A stretch of DNA of 41,272 nucleotides from Nemertoderma westbladi (taxonomy: Eukaryota; Animalia; Xenacoelomorpha): positions 1-41,272 of the forward strand of contig JAUCBJ010007393.1 of the NCBI GenBank assembly GCA_032718475.1. Reading direction: 5' to 3'. Under the pieces are notes generated by a model. That model ran no database searches and was not told where the DNA came from. It was given only the letters and a program-made list of their open reading frames with translations. Both the position numbers and the translations under genes were made by a program. This document shows, piece by piece, positions 10,590 through 21,125 of the stretch (position 1 is the first letter of the stretch; each line of letters begins with the position of its first letter).

Positions 10590-13376
10590 TTGTCTCCCGT
10601 CGTCCCACGTCAACCCGCTACAATGTTGGCGACTCCCGCTTCGGCGGTTGAGTGGGTAGAGGAGGGACGGCGGGGGATGAACCTCCTGCTTGGACAGATG
10701 CAGGAGACTGTCCACCAGCTTAAGGGAACAGTAAGGGAAAGTAGGGCAGAATTGCAAGAAGTGCAGCAAAGTATCGCACTAGAACGCGATAAATTAGTCA
10801 ATATACAAAAGGGCATACCAATACCCCCTGTAACATTGTGTCAACCTGTTAGGTCTGAAGTATTACATGCGCAAGGTGTGGAGCCTACACGCATCTATAC
10901 TGCTAGTGAAGTAGAAACTCCTATAGCAAACCCTATTAAGGGTGATTATAGACCTGTTATTAATGATATTCCCTATAGACCTGATACTGATCCGAGAAAT
11001 TTATATACCGATAATTCGATATTAAATAACACCATGGCCCAAGAAAGCTTTACGCGTCAGATGGCTAGAACAGAAGCCCGCCAAGCGGTCAAAGTAGGAG
11101 AGATCGTCAAATTCAATGGAGACGAGATGAAATGGTTACCTTTCAACGAATATTACAAAGACAGCATACAGAACTCTGTGCTATCTAACGGAGAGAAACT
11201 TAGGTTCCTCATCAAGTGCTTGGAAGGACCTCCCAAGTTAATGGCGTTAAAGTTTATAGGACATCCAGAAGGATTAAGACAAGTTTGGGATACATTAAAC
11301 ATCAGGTATGGTAACAAGGATAACATAGCTAAGTATTTGTATGCAAAATTAGTAGCCCCTCGACACTTCCTTAGTAGCGGGATTATAGAGTTTTCTGATG
11401 AAATTCAGGAAATCTGTAGACAACTGGACTGGTTAGGTAAGTCTCATGAATATCAGAGTTCCATGGTTATTGCAGCCGTAGTCTCTACTTTACCAAAGGG
11501 TGGAGTATGTACACGCTGGGACAAGAAAGTGTTGTACATGAATGAACAACAACGACGAAGCCCTACCATGGCTGATCTCATGTCCTTCTTAGATAGTGAA
11601 GTTAAATTACAACTCATAAAGCAGTCCAGAGAGAAAACATCGGAAAATAAGGTAAGTGAGAAACCCGTTTCTAGGAGAAGGATAATAACAGTGTGTTATA
11701 CTGACGACGGCGAAAGCCAAGCTTCTCAAGAAGAGGACAGCGGGAAAGACACAGCAAAATCTTACTATGACAACAAGACCTATAAAGACGTAAGTAAATA
11801 TAAGTCTCGAACCAGTGACAGGAGAGAACAGGTAACAACAACTCCTCCTACGTCTCCTAAGAGAATTCACGGAAGAAAGCCCGAAGAAAGAACGAGAGTG
11901 CATCACGTTACCCAAGGTAAAGTGAGTAACATCAAACCAAAATGTGCGCTGTGCGACGGGCCCCACCGTTTTAGTGCGTGTGCTGAATTTCTAAAGAAAT
12001 CCCTTGTAGACAGACGTACAGTCCTGTGGAATAAGCGGTTATGCTATAATTGCCTCAGATCAGGACACCAACGGCGAACCTGTTACTCCGACGTAAAGTG
12101 TGCAAAGTGTGGCGCGAAACATCACATCTTGTTACACAGTGAGTTCGAACGAAACAACCCGAGTCAGGTAAGTGAGCCCGAACTACATGTCCAATTCAGT
12201 GATGTAAATGACACTGATCAAGAATCTGAGATGGAAGGATTCTATACTGACGAATTCTCCGACGCCAACGAATCCTGTTACCTAATCAATACCGCGGTGT
12301 ATCGAGCACTTACGTATGAAAAGGACACCGATAATGAGTTCCCCCCAACTGCCTTTGACAGACAACCATCTTGGAAACCTCCAACTTCCAACGTAGGAAT
12401 CAGAGAATTTCCTGTAGTGCAGGTAAGAGTTCACGGTCCCAACAAAAGTTACATAGTGAACGCCCTCCTTGACTCCGGCAGCACAGGAACATTCATCGAT
12501 CAAGAACTAGCCGAAGATATCTTTGCTGGACAACCCAAATTCCAAACTAAGTTGAATATGTCCGGAATTATGCAGGTTTGGAAATCTACCATAACGGCAG
12601 ATTACTATGTAGGTGCGTTGTCCACCCCCCAGGATAAATTAGGAGCACAAAGTATAAGGTCAGTAAAAATGGTGGCTATAAAGAACTTCGCTAATACCCA
12701 AGCAGACCTTTATAATTGGAACGAGGATGAGAGCATCCAACATCTTAAGATACCTCGATTCCAGACAGATTATCCTGGAGTGCAAATACTCATCGGCCAA
12801 AACGCGCATGAGGCGCTCGAGACATTGGAGAAACGGCCTGCTCAACCGCAGCCATTACAAACCTATGCGGTAAGAACTAGAGTAGGTTGGTACTTCACTG
12901 GCCCTTCCCGTAGAACTCTCAAAGAGAGATTACCTCAACAACAGGTATACCAAGTAAAGGAATGGGAAGTGGAGAGCAGTGATGTGGGCGATCCAACTGA
13001 GGGAACACCATACTCCTCAGATAATGACGATATTAACTCCAATATAGATCAATGGAGACATTGCCTTGGGACGATTAATCCAGCCGACATCGCTTCCAGA
13101 GGAGCAACTCCTCAAGAACGGATAGATACTCCAGGCTGGTTAGGTGGATCCGACTTCTTAAGTAAAGAAGAAGAAGAATGGCCTACTCATCTTACCACGG
13201 CGGAGGTTAGACAGGCCAAGGGAGCGGAGAAAGTAACACAACAACTCAATCGCCCAGCTAGTCGTTTATGTTTACTGGAAAGAGACCAAAAACTGTCCGG
13301 AAACTATGGAAGGCAAGATACTCTTCCTACGACCACTTCCCTAATCCGACAAATATCTAGGGACTCCATAACGTAA
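10590..13376 (+). CDS. BEL/Pao Gag core + aspartic protease fused in frame to short RNase H and integrase C-terminal remnants (pol internally deleted)
   Basis: KFNGDEMKWLPF...KLRFLIKCLEG...LNIRYG (DUF1759-like). Triple knuckle CALCDGPHRFSAC / CYNCLRSGHQRRTC / CAKCGAKHHILLH. Protease NALLDSGSTG and ILIGQN. Then QWRHCLGTINPADIASRG...WLGGSDFL and RPASRLCLLE. No YVDD-type RT motif and no integrase core. The listed start is TTG, so the true start is likely via ORF1. Confidence 0.88.
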   Translation: MSPVVPRQPATMLATPASAVEWVEEGRRGMNLLLGQMQETVHQLKGTVRESRAELQEVQQSIALERDKLVNIQKGIPIPPVTLCQPVRSEVLHAQGVEPTRIYTASEVETPIANPIKGDYRPVINDIPYRPDTDPRNLYTDNSILNNTMAQESFTRQMARTEARQAVKVGEIVKFNGDEMKWLPFNEYYKDSIQNSVLSNGEKLRFLIKCLEGPPKLMALKFIGHPEGLRQVWDTLNIRYGNKDNIAKYLYAKLVAPRHFLSSGIIEFSDEIQEICRQLDWLGKSHEYQSSMVIAAVVSTLPKGGVCTRWDKKVLYMNEQQRRSPTMADLMSFLDSEVKLQLIKQSREKTSENKVSEKPVSRRRIITVCYTDDGESQASQEEDSGKDTAKSYYDNKTYKDVSKYKSRTSDRREQVTTTPPTSPKRIHGRKPEERTRVHHVTQGKVSNIKPKCALCDGPHRFSACAEFLKKSLVDRRTVLWNKRLCYNCLRSGHQRRTCYSDVKCAKCGAKHHILLHSEFERNNPSQVSEPELHVQFSDVNDTDQESEMEGFYTDEFSDANESCYLINTAVYRALTYEKDTDNEFPPTAFDRQPSWKPPTSNVGIREFPVVQVRVHGPNKSYIVNALLDSGSTGTFIDQELAEDIFAGQPKFQTKLNMSGIMQVWKSTITADYYVGALSTPQDKLGAQSIRSVKMVAIKNFANTQADLYNWNEDESIQHLKIPRFQTDYPGVQILIGQNAHEALETLEKRPAQPQPLQTYAVRTRVGWYFTGPSRRTLKERLPQQQVYQVKEWEVESSDVGDPTEGTPYSSDNDDINSNIDQWRHCLGTINPADIASRGATPQERIDTPGWLGGSDFLSKEEEEWPTHLTTAEVRQAKGAEKVTQQLNRPASRLCLLERDQKLSGNYGRQDTLPTTTSLIRQISRDSIT

Positions 13377-13904
13377 TAACATATGGAGTGGGCGTGTGAC
13401 TATATCATTTTATATTTGTTTTTATTTTATATTTATGTATGTATTATTATGTAATTTTATTATAATCGTTTTATTTAATTTTAATTAGTAGAATGTTATT
13501 TTTAGTGATTATTTAGTAGATTAGTGCAATATATTAGTGTTTATTACATACGTAATTACTTATAATATATTTAGTGCGACGGCGAGAAAACAATTATTTT
13601 TCTCTTTCCTTACTGTCCGTATCATATTATAAATACGTGACTACAGTAAGATGAAATATCCGTACTTCTTAAAGTACAATAAAGCCACTACTATATTCAA
13701 GTATTATTGGTAGGCAGAGTATTAGGAATGCAAAGTTCAGATTCTCGTGTCTCGGCTAAACCAAGCTCTGGGTAGACCTTGGAAACGACTTGCCTCTTCA
13801 CACTGACATTGCTTCGTGCGATATTGCTCTTCTACCTTATATTAAATAATACATATAGTAGCGTGATGTCCATATAACAGTAGCGTAAAACGCAAATAAA
13901 TCTG

Positions 13905-14200
13905 TTAAACTTTTGACCATCTGTAATTCTAGTCGATTAAGATATCGCGGCACCCACCGATATACTTGAAAGACAAATTCTAGAATCAGTGGTTAACGTC
14001 CCCAGACAAGCTCTGGAATAAATCGGTGCCCATCTTAAATATTAATTTAATATTTATTAAAATCTGTAAAATTCAGATCCGTTAACAATTCTAGTCGATT
14101 AAGATATCGTAGCACTTACCGATACTCTTAAAAGACAAATTTCATAGAATTAAGGATCCTATGTCCCCAGACCTGCTCTGGAATCAAATTGTGTCAATTT
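13905..14200 (+). repeat. ~162-bp diverged tandem duplication
   Basis: aattctagtcgattaagatatcg...gtccccagac..gctctggaat occurs at ~13926 and ~14087. Confidence 0.8.
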
Positions 14201-15005
14201 TAACATCAAATAATAAAATTCACGGGAATAAATTTAAATTCATACATTAAATGAATTTCATAAATTCTCATTTTGTACAATTTATAACATTCCCAAAATT
14301 CCATTAATTAATAGATCATGGGAGCGGAGATTCATCCTATTGAGTGTATTAAAGTGCGAGAATCTCCCACATATAGTCAATAGCCGATAAAATTAATAAA
14401 ATCATACATAAAGAGGATATTGACAATTAAAGAATTATTATTAAATAGCATCCCAGATCTGTATGCATGAGAATTACCCTAATTCTACCGCTAGCATTCC
14501 ATAATGTCACCATAGCAACACCCACGCTAGAATTAGAAGCAAGTTAAGAGAACAATAGAAAGCTTGTCACATTGCATAGCATAGAGAATACATAGCACAC
14601 TGTTAGTATCCAAAGATACACAGTAATAACGTGACATTCTGGAAGGCACTGACTAACGGACAAATGGCCTGTATGTGTACAATTGGTGACAGTTGTGTGG
14701 AATTTGTGCGTTTGTAGGTGAATGTTACTGCTAAGGTGTGTTTACAGTAGCTAGTCGCAATTGTGAAAGTAGCCCAACTCTCCTATAGAAAGAACCTAAA
14801 GTGGATTCAAGCCTTTGGGACGGACAGTGGAGTGACTTGTGCCGGTTATCGTTGTCGTGATGTTGCTACATGTTGGCGTAAACTCCTCGACGACGGTACA
14901 TCGGCGCTGAGAATCCCACTGTCCTTGGGCAAAGAAAGGTAGGCAGCGACGCCTGCTCGCCTAAATATAAACTCATTTCGATATTAATGAACTCAGATAG
15001 CAGAT

Positions 15006-15404
15006 ATGACGGAGTTGATAGAAGATGATCTTGGTATCAGGGAGCGATATACTCTACCTTTACAAGCATTTGTGGATAGCTTGATACGCGGTGAAACCGA
15101 TCCAACCATTACGGAAGACGATGGTCGTTATATCGAACCGCCGATGTCCCAAGAGCAACTTACGCGTGAATTGGACTATCGAAAATTCACCGCTCGCTAT
15201 ACGCATCGTAATAGTGCGTATATGGACTTCCTAACTACCAGCCATCCTATCGATTTACATGATACGGACGATGTAGACACCGAAAGGGAAATGGTTCTAT
15301 TTAAATATCATACCCAGCGGAGTCGTAACGATAAACCGAGAATAGGTCACGAAAATTCTATTCGTAACAGACTGGGAAGACGAACCAATATGCCTAGAAT
15401 CTGA
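15006..15404 (+). CDS. Accessory ORF-A of the retrotransposon (unknown function; last ~10 codons altered by a deletion)
   Basis: The C-terminal half (HPIDLHDTDDVDTEREMVLFKYHTQRSRN) is conserved in the other copy at 41107-41272 (-), with several synonymous changes. Confidence 0.7.
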   Translation: MTELIEDDLGIRERYTLPLQAFVDSLIRGETDPTITEDDGRYIEPPMSQEQLTRELDYRKFTARYTHRNSAYMDFLTTSHPIDLHDTDDVDTEREMVLFKYHTQRSRNDKPRIGHENSIRNRLGRRTNMPRI

Positions 15405-15560
15405 GGAGATTCAGCCTATCGCGCCCGGAACAGCGACAACGATTACATCCTAGAATGGTATCAAGGTCCACAGTGTCTCACTGCGTACGATTATCGCCAT
15501 GCCAACTATGTTTCTCAGCAACGTTGTCGGTTATGCGCATCGAGAGACCATGTTACGCCC

Positions 15561-16454
15561 ATGGACACAAACGTCCGCTGTTCCTATTTCCACGAACAAC
15601 CGGCGATGGAAATTTATTGCGCGTATTGCAGATTTAATAATTTGCACATTTTTGCGGTTTGCCCTCAATTTATGACTCAATGTCACCATTGTCAACTAAA
15701 GGGACACGCCAGTTTCGATTGCCCTTTTAATCACGATTTGGAAAGCGTAGATGAAATGATCACACTACGTTACATTAGAGCTTGGGAAGCGAACGCTGAT
15801 TTACATTGTGATTCGCGCCATCGCTATTATCCCGGACGCGCTTACGAAGGAGTTTATGCGTTCCATCCTTATCTATTCGCTTCTGTCGAACAGAAATCAC
15901 GCATATCAAGTTACGAACTACTGAAGCGCGTCGGAGAATGTATTTCAACCAAGTTCGTACGTAAATTTCTCAGGAGTGTTAATCCTAGCGACCTTCATTC
16001 CTATAGCTTAATCAATTATATCCGTCAGGACCCGGACTATGGAGGCTTATTTGTTAACTCACACCCCGAGTTACAGGAAGTATATCGGCGGCCTTACGAA
16101 TACCGAGCCCTCGAACGCGAGTTGGAAAGAACCATTAAACCCCGGAGGTTTCTGACTGCCTATGGTCCACCCAAGGCTCTCGTTCAGACCACTCGTAAAG
16201 GACCCGTAAGAGCGGCTGTCTTGAAACGAGCTCTCAAAGCCATTAGACCCCTCTCCCCTGACGTCGATGTCAATCAACCCGGTACTTCGACTGGCGGATA
16301 CACCGACCATAATCCTACACCCTCTGATGCAATCATATTGCACCCTTCACCCCGGAGTTATAGCCCTCCTTGTAAAGTGGCTCGCCCCAAAGAGAAAAGG
16401 ACTCTGGCTAGCTTTAAAAAACTGCGTAAACGCCGTCCGCGCAAGAAAGACTAA
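15561..16454 (+). CDS. Accessory ORF-C, N-terminally truncated (tandem CCHC knuckles, basic C-terminal NLS-like tail)
   Basis: Homologous to the C-terminal half of 38498-40273. Homology extends upstream to ~15373 through a 1-nt frameshift near 15426. Contains CAYCRFNNLHIFAVCP and CHHCQLKGHASFDCP and ends KKLRKRRPRKKD. Confidence 0.8.
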   Translation: MDTNVRCSYFHEQPAMEIYCAYCRFNNLHIFAVCPQFMTQCHHCQLKGHASFDCPFNHDLESVDEMITLRYIRAWEANADLHCDSRHRYYPGRAYEGVYAFHPYLFASVEQKSRISSYELLKRVGECISTKFVRKFLRSVNPSDLHSYSLINYIRQDPDYGGLFVNSHPELQEVYRRPYEYRALERELERTIKPRRFLTAYGPPKALVQTTRKGPVRAAVLKRALKAIRPLSPDVDVNQPGTSTGGYTDHNPTPSDAIILHPSPRSYSPPCKVARPKEKRTLASFKKLRKRRPRKKD

Positions 16455-16524
16455 CTGTTTAGAGTATTTACGTATATTAGAAACTGTGATTTTGTATATT
16501 TTATAGACTCAAATCCCATTTTCT

Positions 16525-16532
16525 GGGAGCGG
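16525..16532 (+). other. Short polypurine tract (GGGAGCGG) abutting the 3' LTR
   Basis: Immediately precedes TGTA; identical in the other copy (ccgctccc at 38420-38427). Confidence 0.75.
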
Positions 16533-17804
16533 TGTAAAAGCTTCTGTGGGATATAACTGGCCCCTTTGCTTCGCAATCCAGTTTCCCCCCCAGGCGCTGG
16601 AATACTCTAAAAGGTTCTCTAACTGTATATATATTCCCCTCGCCCGCAAGGTACCGTTATAGGTGTTTTAACGGACATAAAAGTCATTCTGCTATATACG
16701 TGTTTTGGCGGACATGGTAAGGCAAAAAACCTACAATGCACCAAATACCTTTCACAGCTTAGCCGTGATGATTCATATTACGACATCTAACAGCTGGTTG
16801 CTGACATGGAAACAGCCATTGGACGCATGGTTCTTTGTTTGGCTTGAGCCAATCAGAGCGATTTTTCCTGTCGACGTGTAGCTTTTCGGCCGATCATAAG
16901 GAGAGTGTTCAGTCTTACTGTTTTTACTTGATACTTTGTTGTTATTGCTGTCTAAGCCAGAAACACCGGCTCTAGAGTTAATTCTTTTCATACTTTAGAA
17001 GAAACATTAGTAGGCTTAAGATTATAGAGCGTATAACTGTTATCGGTCCATATCAGTGCATATCGCTGTACATATCTGTTCATATCATATCTTAACCTAC
17101 CGTCTTAATGTTTTTACTGTTGTCATATCTTATATCAGTGGATTGAATATTATTTGGAGAACATTTATAAAGAACCCAAATTTCCCAATTTTCTTGATAC
17201 ACTACAGGTTAGAGAGGCGGGTTATATATATAGCGATTGCGACTTATATTATTGTGGTGTGTATTGAATTTAATGCTATTTGATAAGCCCTACATGAGTC
17301 CGTTGCTATTCTCTTTATATATGATAAAATTCATTGACGGTCGGCAAATTAGTGAGCAGTATTGTGCGTTACCGGTAGTGTGCATGATTGTGGCTGATAA
17401 CTAAGCATTTCCTAAAGAATGCGCCTCATACGTGAATCATAAGCCTTACCGACTTACCGTTGTGATTAGTATAAGTCATATCTCTGTTTACTTAGATAGA
17501 GCGCCACGTCCTAAAAGGAACTGTTAATATTTCCCGAAAGTGAATAATATTAGTCAGAAATTAATTATTAACGATCAATCGAATAATACAATACCGTAAG
17601 CTTCACTGCAATAATAATCTAAGCCGACAGAATCCAGCCTCCCGGGATTATCCAGCGGGTGAATGGACGCGCACTAGGCTGGCTTCTGCTAATGTTGTGT
17701 TTATTGGTATTAAATATTTGTCATCTTCTAAAGTATATTTATAAATCAAAAGACATATAAATTTTGGCAGGTTAAACTGCTAAAGGTCTTCAAAAGCGCG
17801 TACA
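16533..17804 (+). repeat. 3' LTR (1272 bp)
   Basis: Direct repeat of 1170-2432, followed by TSD AATTG. Confidence 0.95.
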
Positions 17805-17809
17805 AATTG

Positions 17810-17969
17810 CTTGTTATGTCCGCTAAAGTACACATACAGAAAAAATGGCTTTTTATGTCCACTAAAACACCTACACAGTAAGAAAACGGCTTTTTATGTC
17901 CGCTAAAACACCTACAGGGTAAGTACTTTGCGGGAAAAATGACTAGCTAGATCCGCAAAAGCCTTTACA
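17810..17969 (-). mobile_element. Proximal (U3 start) part of the interrupted older LTR
   Basis: Ends gcaaaagcctttaca (TGTAAAGGCTTTTGC on the minus strand). It has three ttatgtccRctaaa repeats and is colinear with 38255-38419. Confidence 0.85.
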
Positions 17970-18034
17970 ATTGTACAGGCAATCAAAGTTGAAAATTGTG
18001 TACGAATGTCCCGTACTTTACTTTGGAATGAGCC

Positions 18035-19153
18035 AGCTAGTGTTTTTTTGGTAGCTAGTGTTTTTTTGGTAGCTAGTGTTTTTTGAATAGCTAGTGTTTT
18101 TTTGGTATCTAGTGTTCTTTTGGTAGCTAGTGTTTTTTTGGTAGCTAGTGTTTTTTTGGTAGCTAGTTTTTTTTGGTAGCTAGTGTTTTTTTGGTAGCTA
18201 GTGTATTTTTGGTAGCTAGTGTTTTTTTGGTAGCTAGTGTTTTTTTGGTAGCTAGTGTTTTTTTGGTAGCTAGTGTTTTTTTGGTAGCTAGTGTTTTTTT
18301 GGTAGAGAGCTAGTGTTTTTTTGGTAGCTAGTGTTTTTTTGTAGCTAGTGTTTTTTTGGTAGCTAGTGTTTTTTTGGTAGCTAGTGTTTTTTTGGTAGCT
18401 AGTGTTTTTTTGGTAGCTAGTGTTTTTTTGGTAGCTAGTGTTTTTTTGGTAGCTAGTGTTTTTTTTGGTAGCTAGTGTTTTTGGGATAGCTAGTGTTTTT
18501 TTGGTAGCTAGTTTTTTTGGTAGCTAGTGTTTTTTTGGTAGCTAGTGTTTTTTTGGTAGCAGTGTTTTTTTGGTAGCTAGTGTTTTTTTGGTAGCTAGTG
18601 TTTTTTTGGTAGCTAGTGTTTTTTTGGTAGCTAGTGTTTTTTTGGTAGCTAGTGTTTTTTTGGTAGAGAGCTAGTGTTTTTTTGGTAGCTAGTGTTTTTT
18701 TGTAGCTAGTGTTTTTTTGGTAGCTAGTGTTTTTTTGGTAGCTAGTGTTTTTTTGGTAGCTAGTGTTTTTTTGGTAGCTAGTGTTTTTTTTGGTAGCTAG
18801 TGTTTTTTTGGTAGCTAGTGTTTTTGGGATAGCTAGTGTTTTTTTGGTAGCTAGTGTTTTTTTGGTAGCTAGTGTTTTTTTGGTAGCTAGTGTTTTTTTG
18901 GTAGCTAGTGTTTTTGGGATAGCTAGTGTTTTTTTGGTAGCTAGTGTTATTTGGTGCGCTCGTCGAGTTCTCCGTGGTAGAGCTGATTTTCACTTCTAAT
19001 GAATACCTAAAACCATTTCAATAAACAATAAACAATAAGTGTTCTTTTGGTAGCTAGTGTTTTTTTGGTAGCTAGTGTTTTTTTGGCAGCTAGTATTTTT
19101 TTGGTAGCTAGTGTTTTTTTGGTAGCTAGTATTTTTTTGGTAGCTAGTGTTTT
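18035..19153. repeat. 18-bp minisatellite (gtagctagtgtttttttg)n, two blocks
   Basis: Main block ~18035-18955, second block ~19038-19153. The variant ggtagagagctag recurs at 18301 and 18662. Confidence 0.97.
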
Positions 19154-19553
19154 AATTTTGATCATTTTTTAAAAATATTAATTCGCCTTCTATTCTGTAT
19201 GTATTAATAATTTTAGAGTTTCATTTTTAAACAATTCTATGTAATTTTTTTAAATATATGTTAATGTTAATGTAAGTAGAGAACATTGCTAACTTACTTT
19301 TTAAGAAAGTATCGCATTACACCATGCCCTGGAATATAGTGTCGTTATTCAGGTACCAGACACCCCCCCCCCCCCCAAATTTTTCTACAAATCTTAATGA
19401 GATTGCATGAAATTTGAAACAGAGTTAGTTTCACCTCCCTCCTCCTTAGTGGGTGAGCCAGAATTTTTATTTTTGCTTTCAATATTTATCTACAGGCGTT
19501 TAAAAAAAGTGTCTCCGTCGATATTGTACAACTTACACCGCAGTTATTCTTAA

Positions 19554-21125
19554 CCCTATTAATCCCGGGGGGGGGGTCAATATGACCCCCTCCCCCGTGG
19601 TTTTTTTATTATAATTCTGAAACAAACGCAGTTGGGAATCTGAAATTTTCTGACTTTTCCTAAAAATCTATTGTCTTCCTAGTAGTGAAAACCGTTTTCA
19701 AAAATATTGGGTACTTTTCGAGTTATAGCACCATTTTTTAACCCTACTTTTGGCACTTTTTTGAGACGTTTTTTGAAAATTGCATTTCATTAAATATGAA
19801 TTGTAACATCTCTATTTTTGATTTACACCGGTTTTTTCGTGTTAGAAATTGGATGGAATTCATATAAATTGGATTTGGAAATTTCAAACTTGTTTTTTTC
19901 GGTGGGTGCCAAATTTTGGTGCCAGCACCAAATTTTGAAATATGTCAATTTTGTAAATTGATTGTTTGAAACTTGTTTTTTACGCAATTGGGGTTTTTTG
20001 GGGTTCTGGATTCGATGAAATATATACGAGTTGCACCAAGCGTATCAAACTTGTATTTTTCGGTGCTGTGTGCAAATTTTGGTGCGAGCACGAAATTTTG
20101 AAAATCCGTTCAATAGATAAAATTGCTTGTGACAATTTATTTCTTGCGTTTTAGAGGTTTATGGCTGTTCTGAATTCAATGGAAAATATAATTATCGAAC
20201 TAGACATTCAAACTTGTATTTTTCGGATGTGGGTGCAAAATGTGGTGCTAGCACCAAATTTTGAAAACCATCAAATATATCAATTGATTGTGTCACCTTG
20301 TTTCTTGCGTTATACGGGTTTGTGATGGTTCTGAATTCAATGGAATCAGTAAAAATTCCATAAGAGTTCTCAAACTTGTATTTTTCGCCGGTGGGTGAAA
20401 ATTATTGTGCCAGCACCAAATTTTGGAAAATATGCAAATTGATAAGTAGATAGTATCACCTTGTTTCTTGCGTTATACGGGTTTATGAGGGTCCTGAATC
20501 CGATGGAATCAATAAAAACAGTACTGGACATCGCAAACTTGTACTTTTTTGTGATGGGTACGAAATTTGGTGCTAGCACCAAAATTTGCCAAATTTCGCC
20601 GAAAAATACAAGTAGCAATGATCTGGCATATTAGAAATGTATTCCATTAGAATCAGCGCCCTCGAAAACCTGAAAATGTGAATTTATAGCATCGTATAAG
20701 TGAATTAAAAATTTTGTGTTCTAACTGAAATGTGCTGGTTACTTGTTTTTTTATTTTTTTCCTACGCAGAGAGGACTAAACAGCCATTTATGGTAATCAT
20801 ATCATTTTTAAATATTTTCCAATGTATTTTGCACCCCAGAAAACCTGTATTGAAAAACAATTAGCCGAAAATGTAACTTTCAAATTTTGCTGAAAATTGT
20901 GCACTACTTGTAATTTTGGTGCTGCAATATAACCACCACAGTACATTTTTTCGAAATTTTTTTTTTCGGTCGGATCCAGACAAGTGACACCTACGTACAA
21001 ACAAAAAATCAGACGTTTTCGTAAATATTTGTAGATTTTAGAGGGGGGGGGGGGGGTCAATATGACCCCCCCCCCCCCCCCCCCCCGGTATTTGTACAAT
21101 ATTTTATAGCCCGGTACTAATAGGG
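19554..21125. mobile_element. Non-autonomous piggyBac-type element (MITE-like)
   Basis: TTAA on both sides (19550-53, 21126-29). Termini CCCTATTAATCCCGGG / CCCGGTACTAATAGGG match at 14 of 16 positions. A G-run-tcaatatga-C-run palindrome lies near both ends. Five ~162-bp internal repeats (caaacttgt at ~19885, 20047, 20208, 20371, 20535). No transposase. Confidence 0.85.

Larger units (their letters stand above)
1170..17804 (+). mobile_element. Non-autonomous BEL/Pao-type LTR retrotransposon, recent insertion (about 12.1 kb excluding the nested pogo element)
   Basis: Near-identical LTRs with TGTA...TACA termini; 5-bp TSD AATTG (1165-1169, 17805-17809); Gag with triple Cys/His knuckle and DSG protease; purine tract before the 3' LTR. 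Confidence 0.93.

Noticed and set aside
15006-16454. Swappable N-terminal domains on ORF-C
   Set aside because: ORF-A exists as a separate upstream ORF in the other copy (41107-41272), so the difference is a deletion, not domain shuffling.
17935-17950. LTR origin of the adjacent 18-bp satellite (shared tagctag)
   Set aside because: The match is too short to distinguish from chance.
18035-19153. CRISPR-like array, or the ORFs 18778-18993 and 18781-18999
   Set aside because: Head-to-tail 18-bp repeat with no unique spacers and no cas genes; the ORFs are by-products of the repeat.
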